From the NCBI GenBank assembly GCA_008632985.1, contig QPGO01000076.1:1-64000 (forward strand): a DNA stretch of 64,000 nucleotides, in the 5' to 3' direction. Made by a program: the position numbers and the translations under genes. The stretch comes from Psammoneis japonica. Taxonomy: Eukaryota. Position 1 is the first letter of the stretch. Each line of letters starts with the position of its first letter. The notes under the pieces are model-generated. The model saw nothing but the letters and a program-made list of their open reading frames with translations. It searched no databases and was not told the origin of the DNA. Shown piece after piece: positions 62,060-64,000 of this stretch.

Positions 62060-64000
62060 AAATCAATGTCTTGACCCAACTTGCTCCAAGCTGTGCCAAT
62101 GAGTTGACAAACACAAACATGTCCGGCATTGACAATGTTGTGGCTGTCGTTCCCACGCACACCAATCACCACACAGTCATTCCGTCCCCCGATGAGGATG
62201 CTGAACATCCAGAACAATTGTCAGCTGCTTCTCATCAACATCCTGACCCAACTGGATCCAAGTCATTCCAACAAGTTGATGAACATGAACATGTCCAGCT
62301 CAGTTGCCAACCCCATCATTTTCGTTGGCTCCAATTGCAACAGTCATTCCGTCAGCTGAAATGGAAATGGAACATCCAAATTGATCACCTCTCGCTTCTC
62401 CATCGATGTCCTGGCGCCCATCTGCGTCCAGACCAGCCAATCTGCAATGGAAAGTTCTCTCTGGTGTTGAGATGAAAGCCACTGACACAGACTTGTCCAA
62501 TTTGACAAACTGTTCCCATCGGCAGGGAAGCATCGTTTGTTTGACAGATCATGATGCGTCTTGAGACGAAAAATGAATGAAGAAAGCATGCAAACTGTGA
62601 GCTTCAGGATTTTGTCATTGTGAGCACTGCACAAAAGGAAAAGACAAAGTTGGTGCAAAATCGGACAATCTTTCAACTTTCGATGATGAATGGTGCAATG
62701 TTCTTCCCTCTTTGCCACTCAAGCTTTTCTTCATGTCGAAACTGTGATGCGCCTTGATCATGGTCATTTCTTTTGCGAGCATGGCAGTTGCCAAAAGGGT
62801 CTTCAGGACTGCTGTTGGGAACTTCATGGCTCTTGACCCCAGGTGGCTTCTTGGAGGAAGGTTTGCTTGTGCTTGTCCTTTTCTTCTTGAGGAGGAAACA
62901 CAATGCAGTGAGAAAAATTCACATCATTGGTGCGAACAAAATGAATGACACAGAAGGTAAAATCACTCACCTCGCAACAGCATGCTGGATCTGTGAAAAC
63001 AAGAGAATTCTGAAGCTCAAAATGAAACAACAACAAATGCAAGCACCAACCGTGACACCTGCGAACAGCAAACTGTGAACCTGAAGCAAACGGCAAAATG
63101 ATTTGTTTCACACAACAACCTTCGAGCAAAAGCCGCTTGTGCTGGCACACAATTGCTGAATGCTTTGCATGTGCAAGCCAGCTGCAAAGGATTTGTTGGC
63201 ACAGCACCTCAAAATGGCACTGCAACACAGGGAGATGATTGCCGGCACCGGCATGCATGCAATGGAATGAGGTGAGCACAATTGCGGGAGAGCTGTCGTG
63301 CTCCTTGTCTGGCGGAGCATTGATTTTTTATCCTTTGTTCATTTCACAAATGAGTGAGTGCGGTGCATGCATGTCCAACAACAATGAGCAAATCCAAAAT
63401 GTCACTGAAATGTCCTTCGAAGAAAGACACTCAGAAGAGTTTGTGCCACTGCCTGCACATGCAGGCAGTGCAGTGTCAGCCTTCTCATCGCCGGCACAAC
63501 AAAAAAGCAGACGCGATTTGAACAATGCACCATGGCACAATGTGCTGGCAATGCATGATGGTGTGTCTGAGAATCACCAGCCATGCTTTCCCCCTTGTCT
63601 CACAATGACACCTTTTGCACAGCCACCTGGCCTCACTCTCCCGCTGCACCCACTCTTGCCCCACTCGCTGGGGTGCGAGAGACTTTGGTGGTGGGTGGGT
63701 TGGGGTTGGGGTCAGGGTCAGCCCACCCAGCACTTTTTTCCCAGTCTTCTCTGCTTTGCGGTCATGCTTTTTGCATCTCTTTTCAACTTTCCTGCTGAGC
63801 TGTGTGATGGCAACTGTGGCATCCTCTTCTTGGCACTTTGTTCTTTCATGAGACTTTGCCACACCCCAAGAAAGTGTGGTTGCCACGAGTGAGAATGTCT
63901 CACTTTTTTGTGATGAAAACTCTTCTCCTGGACCCTTTGACTGATTTGATGTTTCTTTTGCACCTCTCTGGGTTCAAATGACTCACCCATTGCTGCTCTC
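62060..64000 (-). pseudogene. Hypermutated duplicate of the 5' part and upstream region of the propeller gene (49670-51600)
   Basis: Collinear alignment; GYSVS->GCSIS, GHVRVYQ->GHVCVCQ, KAYHS->KAHHS; small indels. Confidence 0.92.

Larger units (their letters stand above)
50700..64000. other. TpA-depleted hypermutated block 4
   Basis: TA nearly absent over 13 kb; contains the copia element, gene remnants and the propeller-gene duplicate. Confidence 0.9.

Noticed and set aside
9445..64000. Classical RIP or CpG deamination alone as the cause of the composition
   Set aside because: RIP creates TpA and stop codons; CpG decay cannot change Tyr or TAA/TAG codons. Conserved motifs show TA being lost.

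Overview
Eukaryotic nuclear DNA, most likely from a diatom. This is inferred from short GT-AG introns, bipartite signal + 'AF' plastid presequences on PGAM and IspG, and a CoDi-type Ty1/copia element. About half the window is ordinary gene islands (about 1-9.4, 18.2-32.7, 35.9-39.9 and 46.6-50.7 kb). These encode a RING protein, an LRR receptor-like protein, a membrane-anchored amino-acid-binding-protein homologue, plastid PGAM, a PhyH-family dioxygenase, a DUF4336-like protein, IspG, a His-motif membrane protein, an RWD protein, an ADP-ribosyltransferase, an 'LRGG' membrane protein, a tandem sulfotransferase-like protein and a double beta-propeller adhesin-like protein. The other half is four sharply bounded blocks (about 9.45-18.2, 32.8-35.8, 40.0-46.6 and 50.7-64 kb) in which the dinucleotide TpA is almost absent and CpA/TpG are abundant. 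Three internal controls show TpA converted to CpA or TpG (sometimes CpG) in addition to ordinary CpG decay: two copies of the ART unit, two copies of the propeller gene, and the two LTRs of one retrotransposon. Conserved motifs give the direction (YVDD->HVDD, Tyr->His/Cys, TAA/TAG->CAA/CAG). It is the opposite of fungal RIP and is the main candidate for an undescribed genome-defence or hypermutation system. Caveat: single-base indels in conserved genes such as IspG indicate an imperfectly polished assembly, so a modified-base basecalling artefact must be excluded. All counts were made by eye.
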